Shown in pieces: positions 19,132 through 29,129 of a stretch of 53,261 nt of DNA. Under the pieces are notes generated by a model. It did no database searches. It saw nothing but the letters and a program-made list of their open reading frames with translations, and was not told the DNA's origin. How positions within the stretch are numbered: the first letter of the stretch is position 1; each line of letters begins with the position of its first letter. Made by a program: the position numbers and the translations under genes. Origin of the DNA: a virus (Duplodnaviria; Caudoviricetes); IMG/VR virus record IMGVR_UViG_3300047457_000194, positions 1 to 53,261 of that record, one strand, 5' to 3'.

Positions 19132-20312
19132 TGCCCCCTACATACACTTCAAACAACAGAATCAAGAAGATCGCCAACGGTGATGAGACTGGAACGTGGG
19201 GAACCAGTACGAACACCAACTTCGATCTCTACGACACTGCAATCGATGGCGTTGTGGATATCACCCTCAGCGGGACCTCCAGCACCCTGACGATCTCTGA
19301 CGGCGCGGCGGCAAGCCCTGACGGTCGCAACAAGGTGCTTGTCCTTGGCGGGTCTCCGTCTGGCACGCATACGATCACGGTCAGCCCAAACTCGGTCGAG
19401 AAGCACTACTACATCCAGAACAATACCTCGCAGAGCGTTGTCATTGCTCAGGGTTCTGGGACCACGGTCACCATTGCGGCTGGGTATTCGGCGATTGTGT
19501 ACTGTGATGGCGCTGGCTCCGGTGCCTCCGTCAAGGAGATCATCACCAAGTTCAAGGCTACTGAGTTTAACGCCAGCACATACACTGCTGCTGCGTCTCT
19601 CGCGGTAAAGCCTGGGTCGAATTCAACGAACGCCATTGCCTTCCAGACCTTTGGTGGAACCCAGGTTGCCGCACTCGACACCACGAATAGCAGGTTCTGT
19701 GTGGGGACGGTTGCGCCGACAGCGAAGCTCACCATCTCTGAGAACGCCTCTTCCGTGACTCCCCCGTCTGGAACTCTGTTCCATGCGGTTGGCGCTAACG
19801 CTGCTGGTGGTGTAAGGTTCTCTATCGACGGGATTCAGAACGGGCCGATATATACCGGCAGAATCTGCTTTGGAACCGCTGCCTCCCCCAGTGCCGTTCT
19901 AAGTTCCTCTTACCTTGCGGCGCTTGCTGGGCGTGGATACCTGACTACTGGATACTCCAACGACCTGGGGCAGGTTGCTTTTCAGGCGGAAGAGAGCTTC
20001 ACTGACTCAACCGCCGCGACTGGGATCGTCTTCGTCACTACGGCACCCGGATCGGTCACCAATAATCAGGTTGCTCGAATCAACGGCAGAGGCCAGTTCG
20101 TCATCGGCGTTCAGGCGGCTGGCGGTTTGGTGAACGTACCTACGAACAACAGCGTTGGCATTGAGCTTCAAAGCACTACGAGGGCGGTCCTTCTTTCCAG
20201 GATGACCACGGCTCAACGTGATGCCATGACGGCGGTTGACGGCATGATTATCTACAACACGACAACCGGAACGATCCAGGGATATCAGAGCGGCGCGTGG
20301 GGTAACCTGTAA
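19131..20312 (+). CDS. Tail fibre protein
   Basis: N-terminal attachment-type GDETGTWG..TNTNF; C-terminal RMTTAQRDA...GMIIYNTT. Confidence 0.75.
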   Translation: MPPTYTSNNRIKKIANGDETGTWGTSTNTNFDLYDTAIDGVVDITLSGTSSTLTISDGAAASPDGRNKVLVLGGSPSGTHTITVSPNSVEKHYYIQNNTSQSVVIAQGSGTTVTIAAGYSAIVYCDGAGSGASVKEIITKFKATEFNASTYTAAASLAVKPGSNSTNAIAFQTFGGTQVAALDTTNSRFCVGTVAPTAKLTISENASSVTPPSGTLFHAVGANAAGGVRFSIDGIQNGPIYTGRICFGTAASPSAVLSSSYLAALAGRGYLTTGYSNDLGQVAFQAEESFTDSTAATGIVFVTTAPGSVTNNQVARINGRGQFVIGVQAAGGLVNVPTNNSVGIELQSTTRAVLLSRMTTAQRDAMTAVDGMIIYNTTTGTIQGYQSGAWGNL

Positions 20313-20647
20313 TGACAATATTCTCTTGGAACATTCGCCTTATGGAGGTTGTCCCGCAGGAGGGAAGCCTCAATGAAGTTGTGATCATCGTCTACTGGGA
20401 TCGCAACGCCTCCAGAATCAGTGGCGGGAAAACGTACACCGCTCACCGGACTGGAACCTCCAATCTTGGATCTCCTGACCCGTACAACTTCACGCCGTTC
20501 AACCAATTGACCCAGCAACAGGTCGTTGGGTGGATTGAAGCTTCGCTCGGTCAGGATCAAATCGACGCCATCGATCTCTCTCTCGAAGGCGAGATCGACA
20601 GCCAAATCACCCCCCCCACCGAGGTGCTGCCTCCCCCGTGGCAGTAA
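20312..20647 (+). CDS. Fibre-associated protein (possible assembly chaperone)
   Basis: TAATG coupling; FTPFNQLTQQQVVGWI...LPPPW. Confidence 0.6.
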   Translation: MTIFSWNIRLMEVVPQEGSLNEVVIIVYWDRNASRISGGKTYTAHRTGTSNLGSPDPYNFTPFNQLTQQQVVGWIEASLGQDQIDAIDLSLEGEIDSQITPPTEVLPPPWQ

Positions 20648-20651
20648 GAAT

Positions 20652-21014
20652 ATGCACGCTGACTTCATCTCCAAACTCCTTCACGGCGTCACTGCGGCGC
20701 ACATGCTCCACCTGATGACCAAAGGCCCTGGGTCCTACGCCCGTCATAAGGCGCTTGGATCCCTCTATGATGGGCTTTCCGACTCTGCTGACTCGCTTGC
20801 GGAGGAGTGCTTCGGTGTTCATGGTGTGCCGACATCCTTCCCCAGTGAGAAGTTTGTTTGCCCGAAAGACCCGGTGAAGTTCGTCGAAGAACTCTACGAG
20901 TATGTCTCCAGGAGCCGAAGCCAGATGGGAGAAGAGAGCCACATCCAGAACTCCATCGACGGCATCCTGACGCTACTCGCCACTACCAAATACAAGCTCG
21001 TCAATCTGTCGTAG
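20652..21014 (+). CDS. Ferritin/Dps-like four-helix protein (DUF5856-like)
   Basis: AHMLHL.T...YARHKALG.LYD....D.LAEE..G and NSIDGI..L...YKL. Confidence 0.7.
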   Translation: MHADFISKLLHGVTAAHMLHLMTKGPGSYARHKALGSLYDGLSDSADSLAEECFGVHGVPTSFPSEKFVCPKDPVKFVEELYEYVSRSRSQMGEESHIQNSIDGILTLLATTKYKLVNLS

Positions 21015-21022
21015 GAGGCAGC

Positions 21023-21343
21023 GTGTCGTTTTTCGGTAAGATCAAGTCAGTCTTCTCTCCGTCCAAACTGAATCGAGTTAAGGGCGTGGTTGGGTCCGTG
21101 TACCCGATTGTGGAGTTCGTCGCCAAGATGACCCCCACTCGCGCCGACGATGAGATCCTGCAATGCGCCAACATGCTCGGCGTCCGTGAGTTCCTCGCCT
21201 CTTCTCCTGAGAAGACCGGGGAGACCTTGAAGGAGTTGGCAATCAAAGCGGCGCAGAAGAAGTTCACCGATGTTCCAGTCGAGGTCTTGGCTCGTGCGGT
21301 TGAATCCGCCTACCAGCAGATGAAGGCCAAAGACTCTATCTAA
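21023..21343 (+). CDS. Hypothetical protein
   Basis: RBS AGGAGG then GTG at 21023; amphipathic N-terminus. Confidence 0.6.
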   Translation: MSFFGKIKSVFSPSKLNRVKGVVGSVYPIVEFVAKMTPTRADDEILQCANMLGVREFLASSPEKTGETLKELAIKAAQKKFTDVPVEVLARAVESAYQQMKAKDSI

Positions 21344-21357
21344 GGAGTTTGTGGCGC

Positions 21358-23223
21358 ATGCCGCTTATCAAGATTCAGCCCAGGCAGGGTATCGTTAAAG
21401 ACCTCACCAACTACTCGAATGAGGGTGGGTGGTACGACTCTGACAAGATCCGCTTCCGGCTTGGATTCCCTGAGCAGATCGGCGGCTGGATCAAGTACGT
21501 TGCGACCACCTTCCAAGGAACCTGCCGCAGTCTTCACCAGTGGTTCACGAACGACCTCAATACATACCTTAGCCTTGGTACACACCTAAAGCTGTATGTA
21601 GAGACTGGTAATACGTTCTACGACATCACACCTATTCGTAGAACCGTAACGCTAGCCAATCCGTTTGAAACCGTTGCCACTGGCAGCAAGTACCTGTACG
21701 TTAACGACACCGCCAATGGTGTGGTGATCAACGACTTCGTCACCTTCTCTGGCGCGACGACATTCGACACGGTCTTTACTGCGGCGCTACTGAACGCTGA
21801 ATTCCAGGTCGTTGAGGTTGTCAGCGCCAATCAGTACAAGATCCTCGTGTCTGGTGCTGCCGCTGGTGCCAGTGCTGGTGGCGTGACTGGTGGCGGCGCT
21901 TCTGTATCCGCTGCCTACCAGATCAATGTCGGGCTGGAGAGCCAGGTATACGGTGGTGGTTGGGGCGCTGGTCCTTGGAGCCGTGGATCCTGGGGGTCTG
22001 GCTACACGGTTGGCATCGCTTCGCAGCAGATTCGCCTGTGGTCGCAGGACAATTACGGCGAGGATCTGATTACGAATATTCGCGGCGGCGGCATCTACTA
22101 CTGGACCACCGCAGGGGCGAATCCAGAAGCCTCTCGCGCCGTAGAACTTTCCTCGATCTCTGGCGCAAATGAATGCCCAACCATTGCAAACAAGATCCTG
22201 GTCAGTGATATCGACAGGCATGTCATTGCAATCGGACCCAACCCAATCTTCGAGGCAACGCAGGATCCACTCTTGATTCGCTGGTCCTCGCAGGAAGATT
22301 ACCTCGACTGGGAGCCGCGCACGGACAACACTGCTGGTGACTTTAAGATCTCAAGCGGTTCCGAGATCATTGGCTGTCACGAGACACAGCAGCAGATCGT
22401 TGTGTGGACTGATGTCAGCACGCACGTTATGGCGTACACTGGCCCTCCCTACACGTTCTCTGTCAATCAGGTCAGCGACTCTGCCTCCATCATCTCTCCC
22501 AACGCATCTGTTGACGCTCGTAGCGTTGTGTTCTGGATGGACGTGAACAACTTCTACCAGTACTCTGGTTCGATCCAGGTTCTGCCCTGTCCTGTTCGCG
22601 ACCACATCTTCAAAGACATCAACCTCCAGCAGCGGTACAAGGTATTCGCCGGGGTGAACTCCCTGTACAACGAGATCTTCTGGTTCTATCCTTCGGCTGG
22701 CAGTGAGGACATTGACCGCTACGTCATCTACAACTACGACGAGCAGGTGTGGTCTATCGGCACGATGAACCGCACGGCATGGCTGGACTCCGGGTTCAAT
22801 ACCTATCCACTCGCTACGAGCCGAATAGAGGATCCGAACGGGAACCAGAACACCACCGGGTATCTCTACCAGCACGAGACTGGATACGACGATGACGGGA
22901 GTGCGATGTCCTGCTACGTTGAGTCCAGCGATATCGACATCGATGACGGTGAGCAGTTCTCGTTTGTCAGCAGGGTGCTGCCTGACGTGATGTTCCGTGG
23001 GACCTCTGGAACTCCGTCGATCAGCATGTCATTCAAGTACCGCAATTATCCTATGGAGAGCTTTTCCAATGGACCTACGGTAACCGTGACGAATGGAGAC
23101 ACGCAGAAAGGGATCCGCATGCGGGGTCGTCAGATGGCATTCCGAGTCTCGTCGAATGGAACCCAGATTGGGTGGAGGCTGGGGTCCAATAGATTCCAGA
23201 TTCAACCTGACGGTATGAAGTAG
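21358..23223 (+). CDS. Tail nozzle / tubular protein B-like (P22 gp10-type)
   Basis: GWYDSDKIRFR.G.PEQIGGW, LIRWS.QED..DW, EIFWFYP; ~620 aa, upstream of ejection genes. Confidence 0.75.
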   Translation: MPLIKIQPRQGIVKDLTNYSNEGGWYDSDKIRFRLGFPEQIGGWIKYVATTFQGTCRSLHQWFTNDLNTYLSLGTHLKLYVETGNTFYDITPIRRTVTLANPFETVATGSKYLYVNDTANGVVINDFVTFSGATTFDTVFTAALLNAEFQVVEVVSANQYKILVSGAAAGASAGGVTGGGASVSAAYQINVGLESQVYGGGWGAGPWSRGSWGSGYTVGIASQQIRLWSQDNYGEDLITNIRGGGIYYWTTAGANPEASRAVELSSISGANECPTIANKILVSDIDRHVIAIGPNPIFEATQDPLLIRWSSQEDYLDWEPRTDNTAGDFKISSGSEIIGCHETQQQIVVWTDVSTHVMAYTGPPYTFSVNQVSDSASIISPNASVDARSVVFWMDVNNFYQYSGSIQVLPCPVRDHIFKDINLQQRYKVFAGVNSLYNEIFWFYPSAGSEDIDRYVIYNYDEQVWSIGTMNRTAWLDSGFNTYPLATSRIEDPNGNQNTTGYLYQHETGYDDDGSAMSCYVESSDIDIDDGEQFSFVSRVLPDVMFRGTSGTPSISMSFKYRNYPMESFSNGPTVTVTNGDTQKGIRMRGRQMAFRVSSNGTQIGWRLGSNRFQIQPDGMK

Positions 23224-23239
23224 GGCTTGGTGGTATCAA

Positions 23240-23539
23240 GTGAATAGAAAAACACCAAGGCAACTCATACCCACAGCGCCTTCTGAGTACAAGAAGGAGT
23301 ATCTTGATCTTGTTGTTCGCGCCGTCAATCTCTTCATCGGAGATGCAGTCAACCCCGGCGACCTCGTCGGTAGCTCTCTGCTGATCGTCAACGCGACCGA
23401 ATCCGGCTACGATCTAAGGGTTGGTTCGGTTTATGTTGATGCAAACGGCTTCTTGAAAATGGTTAGATTCGGAGAAGCATACGCGCCCACCAATAAGATC
23501 CGTGTCAAACTAGGATCGGTTACGGTATCAATCACATGA
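23240..23539 (+). CDS. Hypothetical tail-module protein
   Basis: 99 aa, GTG start, overlaps next start. Confidence 0.6.
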   Translation: MNRKTPRQLIPTAPSEYKKEYLDLVVRAVNLFIGDAVNPGDLVGSSLLIVNATESGYDLRVGSVYVDANGFLKMVRFGEAYAPTNKIRVKLGSVTVSIT

Positions 23540-24612
23540 AGAATAAAGGTATCGGCGCTCTCGCAGAGCAGATTGCATCCAAGGGTCGCAACGGCGACTC
23601 TCTCCTCATGCACATCCAGCCGGAAGAGCTTGCAGGTATCGCGGCGCTTCTGGGTCAGGATCTGACGATCAACCCTGAGACGGGGATGCCGGAAGCGTTC
23701 TCGTGGAAGAAGCTGTTGGGAGCGGTTGGGCTGGGGGCTGGCGCAACTGCGCTCATAGCCATGACTGGTGGCGCTGGAGCTGGGTTTCTTAAGCCACTAG
23801 CTAGCCTTGGGGCGAAATTGGGTCTAGCCAAAGCTGGCGTACTCCCAACCCTACTAAAGACCGCTGCTGTTCCTGCCCTGATTTCTGGCGCTGCTGGTCA
23901 GGCTGTTGGTGCGTTTGCCCCCGACCCCAAAAAACAGGACCAGCAGACTCTCGGCCAGATGCAGCAATACATTGACGAGAGAAACAAGCAGCAGATGCAG
24001 AAGATGATCTTCCCCTTGCTTCGGCAGATCAATCTGTATCAACCAACCCCGCAAGAACAGCAGGCCCAGCAGCAGGGTCAACCTCCGATTGGCCCTGGCG
24101 GCATTGCCTCCACACTTCAGACGAACACCCCTGGATATGCCGAAGGCGGAAGCCTAGAACCTGAAGAGGAGAAAGCGCAGCAGATCATCCGTGACGCGAT
24201 GGATGCGATTCGCGGCGAGGGAGATGATCCTGAATCGGCGCTGAATACCTACCTTGCCTACTACGGGAAAGATGCGCTTCAGGATCTCTACAAGCGCATG
24301 AGCGGCGACGAGGAGCAGGAAGGCGAAGATCAACCTGAAGACGAAGAGCCCAAAGCCGAAGGAATGGTAAAGGGTCCTGGCAACGGAATGGACGACATGG
24401 CTACCGCCCGTATGGCACATGGTGGTCAGAAAGTTCTCCTGTCGAACGATGAGTTTATCATACCTGCTGATGTCGTATCCGGGCTTGGAGATGGCAGCAG
24501 TGAAGCTGGCGCAAGAAAGCTGTACGCCATGATGGACAGGGTTCGCATGGATCGCACTGGCACAAAGAATCAACCTGGAAAGATTAAGGATAGCAGGGTT
24601 CTGCCTGCGTAG
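23536..24612 (+). CDS. Putative internal virion/ejection protein 1
   Basis: GRNGDSLLMHI...INPETGMPEAF; hydrophobic G/A segment; C-terminal GPGNGMDD...LSNDEFIIPADVVS domain. Confidence 0.7.
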   Translation: MKNKGIGALAEQIASKGRNGDSLLMHIQPEELAGIAALLGQDLTINPETGMPEAFSWKKLLGAVGLGAGATALIAMTGGAGAGFLKPLASLGAKLGLAKAGVLPTLLKTAAVPALISGAAGQAVGAFAPDPKKQDQQTLGQMQQYIDERNKQQMQKMIFPLLRQINLYQPTPQEQQAQQQGQPPIGPGGIASTLQTNTPGYAEGGSLEPEEEKAQQIIRDAMDAIRGEGDDPESALNTYLAYYGKDALQDLYKRMSGDEEQEGEDQPEDEEPKAEGMVKGPGNGMDDMATARMAHGGQKVLLSNDEFIIPADVVSGLGDGSSEAGARKLYAMMDRVRMDRTGTKNQPGKIKDSRVLPA

Positions 24613-24629
24613 TATTAAGGAGATTTGTA

Positions 24630-27600
24630 ATGGCTGAACCTCTAAATTCACAAGTTCAAATTCAGGATGTTCCTGAGTGGATTAAACCTTACAGGAACGC
24701 GCTCCTTAACGCGGCGTTTGGTGCTGTGTTCACTCCTGACTACATGCGCCAGTACCTTCCGAGTGCTACGTTCTGGAATGCGACCACGCAGGGTGGTGGT
24801 GCTGGGTCCACGCCGCCTCCTCCCGCTACTCCTGGAGGGACCGCTCCCAGTGAGCCGGATACGCGAACCGATGTGGCCGCGCCGACCGAGACTGATAAGC
24901 TGGGAATTGCTGGCGCACTCACACCGCGAATTCCCAAGATGCTTGGCTTGGTTTGGGATGCAAAGACTCGTACCTGGGTTCCTGAAGGGTACAGGGAAGT
25001 AGTTACGTCTATGGCCGAGGGTGGCGCCCTCGCCAAGATGAATGAAGGCGGTGGCCTTGCTCAGGAGGTTGCCGAGCGTTACGAGAACATTCGGCGCTCT
25101 GCTCCGCTATTTCCGTCCAACAACGCTGTCCAGCCTGAAGAGATCATGGATATCGTAAACAGATCTCTCACTGGCGGGGTTTATTATCCTGGCAGAACTG
25201 GTCCCTTCGGGTCCTTCCTGCCTGGGGCCAACACTTCCTCTTCTACTGTCGGAACGAATATCGGGAGCGGCACTACTGGAGGTACCTACACGCCTCCTGC
25301 CAGTTCGTCTACCCCATCGCCCAGGACGACTGGTCAACCCACTGCCACCACCCTGCCTGCGAGAACAAATGGCACTACCACCTCGCAGGGAGTGGCATCT
25401 GCTAGGCCCTTGGGTTCCGGCGCTCCCCCTATTGGCACTCCTGCTTCTGCCGCTGTCCTGCCGATGACGGTCGCTGGGCCTGCTGGAACCACCTCGGCGA
25501 ATCGCGGCGCTGGTGGATACAACCCGGCGCAGTACGCCACGGATGAGCAGGCTCGTGGACTTGCTTCGCTGTTGGGTGGAACTGTTTCCAGAACGAATCC
25601 CGTTGGCCCGATTGGTCCTCCCCCGCAGAACCTGATCGACGTTGGTGGGCGAGATGATCTGAATGCTGGCCTTGTTCAACAGGCGCTTGGTCCCATTACG
25701 GTTGACGGCGTCACTCGCGCCAGAACTCCTAGCGAGATGTCGTTGGCTCTTTCTGGTCTGCGCCAGGATATTTCTGGTGGGGGTGGGGATACTTCGGCAA
25801 TCGATGCTCTCATCCGCCAGAACACTGCGGCTTATACTTCCGGCGCAGGGGCATCTCCGGTTGGGCAGGGGACTGTTAACAGGCAGTCTGCTTCTGTTTC
25901 CGATCCCACCATGAATGCCATTGAACGCAATCGGCAGAGCATGATCGACATCCTTAGCCAGATCAATCAGGCGCAGGAGAAATCCTCTCCTATGGCTGGC
26001 ACTCCCGCCGACAAGGGGGCGATTGCAACTACCGCCAGAAACGCGCAGGAAGAGGACGAGTGGGTTCGCAAGAATGCTGAAGGCTACGCCGCTGGTGGAT
26101 CCCTCGCTCAGTTTGAGATCGGTGAAGACGGCAAGGTGAAGAACTACCGCAAGGGTGGAGCTATCCGAAAGAATGACGGCGGTGGTTTCGGCCCTACTGG
26201 GTCTGGAACTGGCACGGCGCAAACCGGAACCCCGTTCACCGGCCCAAATATCCTTGGCTTTGGGACGGCGCAGACCCCAAGCGCTGGCGGATTCGGAGGG
26301 GCCAGCGGTGTTGCTTCTTTGTTTAGCTCGGTCAATCCCAATGTTCCGTCTCAGAATCTGTTTAACCCTCCACCTGTGTATGGTGGGCAGCGGGTTCTTG
26401 GGTTCGGTCAGGACTTCGGTCAATACACCCCTGGGACTGGGTTTACTTCTAGCCGGATGACCAGAGGCGCTCTTGCTGGACTGGAAAGCCTTCCTAGCAT
26501 CTTCAGGAATGTTGATGTTCCAGCAACCGCTAGCACGCCTGCTTACAGCTATACGGATATCAATCCCAACACTGACTTCGGCAAGGGCCTGTCTAATGTC
26601 AACTGGGCTACTGATATTGCTGGGGTTGGCGCTGGGTCTGGGCTTGATCTTCTGAAGCAGGTTGGCCTTGGGCCGGAAGCTTCTCAACAAGAAGAGCGCA
26701 AGAGCTACCTGATGGGCTTGATGCCGGATATTCAGAAGATGGGGTTCCAGGGTCCAATCTCTGTTGCCCCACTGACTGCCCCCACAATTCAGGCCCCCAC
26801 CGGAGTGACTGCTGGGCAGACTGAGGTTGGCGAGTTCGGCGCTCCTACCGCTGAGAAGTACATGTCTCCGTATCAGCGTTCGGTTATCGACACGCAGAAG
26901 CGGGAAGCGCAGCGTCAGGCCGCAATGCAGAAGGCGGGTAGATCTGCTGCTGCTGTACGCGCAGGTGCTTTTGGTGGTTCTCGGCAGGCGATCCAAGAAG
27001 GCATGGCCGACGAAGCACTCCAGCGCCAGATGGGCGACATTGAGGCTACTGGTATGCAGCGTGCATACGAGTCCGCTCAGGGTCAGTTTGAGCGTGACCG
27101 GGCTGCGTCTCTCGCCTCTCAGCAGGCGAACCTCCGCGCCGCTCTCGAAGCGCAGATGGCGAATCAGCAGGCTGGCCTTACCGCTGGTCAGGCAAACTTG
27201 CAGGCTGCTCTCGGGACTCAACAGCTTGGAACTCAGGCTGGGCTGGAAGCTGCCAAGGCTTCTCAGGCTGGCGACCTCGCAACGTGGCAGATGCAGTTGG
27301 ATGCGATCAAGCAGGCTTCGGCTGAACAGCAGGGCATGCGTCAGCAGGACTTCGCGAACAAGCTGGCTGCTCTCGGTCAGGTTCAGTCTGGGGCTGCGGG
27401 TCTTGCTGGGCTGGGCGGCACGATGATGAACATCCCGGCGCTAGCGCAGCAGCTTGAGCTTCAGCGTCTGGCGGCTCTTCAGCAGGGCGGTGGCGCTGTT
27501 GATGTTAAGACACAGCAGGCACTGGATCTTGCGTATCAGGACTTCATCAACCAGCAGAACTTCCCGTATCAGCAGATGAACTTCTTGCAGGGCATCATGT

Positions 27601-27755
27601 CTGGCGTTCCAGTAGGCATGCAGTACGAGGGCGTTCAGTTCCAGCGCCCTAGCTCTGGTGGCCTGACTGGCTTGCTGACTTCCGGCGCAGGCTTGCTGTC
27701 CAATTACCTGACCAGCCGGGGTTCCTCCGGCGGCACCTCGAATATCAACACCTAA
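24630..27755 (+). CDS. Putative ejection (DNA transfer) protein 2
   Basis: RBS AAGGAG; YMSPYQ..VI, GAFGGSRQAI, Q/A-rich helices, C-terminal QQNFPYQQ.NFL. Confidence 0.7.
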   Translation: MAEPLNSQVQIQDVPEWIKPYRNALLNAAFGAVFTPDYMRQYLPSATFWNATTQGGGAGSTPPPPATPGGTAPSEPDTRTDVAAPTETDKLGIAGALTPRIPKMLGLVWDAKTRTWVPEGYREVVTSMAEGGALAKMNEGGGLAQEVAERYENIRRSAPLFPSNNAVQPEEIMDIVNRSLTGGVYYPGRTGPFGSFLPGANTSSSTVGTNIGSGTTGGTYTPPASSSTPSPRTTGQPTATTLPARTNGTTTSQGVASARPLGSGAPPIGTPASAAVLPMTVAGPAGTTSANRGAGGYNPAQYATDEQARGLASLLGGTVSRTNPVGPIGPPPQNLIDVGGRDDLNAGLVQQALGPITVDGVTRARTPSEMSLALSGLRQDISGGGGDTSAIDALIRQNTAAYTSGAGASPVGQGTVNRQSASVSDPTMNAIERNRQSMIDILSQINQAQEKSSPMAGTPADKGAIATTARNAQEEDEWVRKNAEGYAAGGSLAQFEIGEDGKVKNYRKGGAIRKNDGGGFGPTGSGTGTAQTGTPFTGPNILGFGTAQTPSAGGFGGASGVASLFSSVNPNVPSQNLFNPPPVYGGQRVLGFGQDFGQYTPGTGFTSSRMTRGALAGLESLPSIFRNVDVPATASTPAYSYTDINPNTDFGKGLSNVNWATDIAGVGAGSGLDLLKQVGLGPEASQQEERKSYLMGLMPDIQKMGFQGPISVAPLTAPTIQAPTGVTAGQTEVGEFGAPTAEKYMSPYQRSVIDTQKREAQRQAAMQKAGRSAAAVRAGAFGGSRQAIQEGMADEALQRQMGDIEATGMQRAYESAQGQFERDRAASLASQQANLRAALEAQMANQQAGLTAGQANLQAALGTQQLGTQAGLEAAKASQAGDLATWQMQLDAIKQASAEQQGMRQQDFANKLAALGQVQSGAAGLAGLGGTMMNIPALAQQLELQRLAALQQGGGAVDVKTQQALDLAYQDFINQQNFPYQQMNFLQGIMSGVPVGMQYEGVQFQRPSSGGLTGLLTSGAGLLSNYLTSRGSSGGTSNINT

Positions 27756-27763
27756 GGTAAGCG

Positions 27764-29095
27764 ATGAATCTCGTAAAAGCAGCAGACGACATCAAGAACC
27801 TCTCTGATCAGCAACTACTCTCTGCTGGTCAGAACCCCGTTATGATACCTCCGTATCTGGTGCTTGCTGAGATGAAGCGCCGGGAACAACTGAGGGCGCA
27901 GTACGCCAAGGCGCAGCAGCAACAGCAGCCTTCTGTAGCGCAGCAGTTGGCGCAGAATCTTGCACAGCCGCAACAGGGACAGCCTCAACAGGGCGCTCCG
28001 CAGGGTCCTCCTCCGCAGGGGATTATGCAGGCAGCGCCCCCTCAGGCTATGGCGATGGCGCAGGGTGGGCATGTTGCGCGGTATGCGGATGGCGGGAAGG
28101 GGAAGTACTCTCCAAGCTTTGAGGAGATTGTTTCCTACACGGCCAAGCCGATGGAGGCTTTGGTTAAGGCGTCCCAGACTCCGACCTCTGCTATTGACAT
28201 CCCCAACCTCGCATCAACTCCAGAAGAGTTTATGTTGCAGTTCCGCAAGTCCCAACGGACGCCAGAGCAGTTTGGTCAAATTGCGGAACAGATGCTTGGG
28301 AAGCCTGACTACTCGAAGTATGAAGAGCTTGTTCGCCGCCAGCGTCAGTTGGCTGAGTCCAAGAAGCCAAGCCTGGGAGATGCTCTGATTGCTGCTGGCA
28401 CCGCTATTGCCAGCAACCGGGATCCTCGCGTTGGACTTGCTAGTCTTTTGGCGCAGGGAATTGGCGTTGGGTCGCAGAGCTACAAAGCAGCTAAGGAGCA
28501 GCGCGAGAAGGACATCAACGCCGCAATGATGGCGGAGATGTCGCTTGAACGGATGCGCCAGCAGGATCAAGAGAAGAAGGCTGCTACCATGATGAACCTC
28601 ATGCAGATGGATTCTGGTCAGCTTCAGACTATTGCCAACAATCTCAGTGCCAATCAACGCACTCTGTACGAGGCTGGCAAGAATGCCGAGAACGCGCAGG
28701 CAAGGATGAAGATCGATATAGCCAAGGCAGATCTCGATAGGGCGATGTCCGCTGTAAACTCAGTCCTTTCCTTCAAGCAACATCAGGCCTCCGATGAGGC
28801 CGCTCTTGCTAGGGTTAACGCCGCCAACCAGTACAGAATCTCTGCCCCAAGGTCGTCTCCTCAGATGACTGGCCTTACCACTGCGATCAGAAACAACCAG
28901 AGCAGACTCAAGGAGATCGACGAGCAGCTTGTTAATCCGAGAATCAAGAGGAATCCAGAGATGCTCAAGTCTCTCGTTGAAGAACGCAAGAGATTGCAGT
29001 CTGCTACGGATATATACACAAAGATGTTTGAGCGATCCGTGGCTTCCGGCGGTGCCATTGGTGGCGGGTATGTCCCGTACACCGATGAAGAGTAG
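27764..29095 (+). CDS. Putative ejection protein 3
   Basis: IPPYLVLAEMKRR start; Q/A/M-rich helical. Confidence 0.65.
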   Translation: MNLVKAADDIKNLSDQQLLSAGQNPVMIPPYLVLAEMKRREQLRAQYAKAQQQQQPSVAQQLAQNLAQPQQGQPQQGAPQGPPPQGIMQAAPPQAMAMAQGGHVARYADGGKGKYSPSFEEIVSYTAKPMEALVKASQTPTSAIDIPNLASTPEEFMLQFRKSQRTPEQFGQIAEQMLGKPDYSKYEELVRRQRQLAESKKPSLGDALIAAGTAIASNRDPRVGLASLLAQGIGVGSQSYKAAKEQREKDINAAMMAEMSLERMRQQDQEKKAATMMNLMQMDSGQLQTIANNLSANQRTLYEAGKNAENAQARMKIDIAKADLDRAMSAVNSVLSFKQHQASDEAALARVNAANQYRISAPRSSPQMTGLTTAIRNNQSRLKEIDEQLVNPRIKRNPEMLKSLVEERKRLQSATDIYTKMFERSVASGGAIGGGYVPYTDEE

Positions 29096-29129
29096 CGTTA
29101 TGGTCGTACCATATTCTTAAGGAAAAGAC

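Noticed and set aside
25107-27221. 704-aa minus-strand ORF
   Set aside because: S/R-rich antisense frame of ejection protein 2
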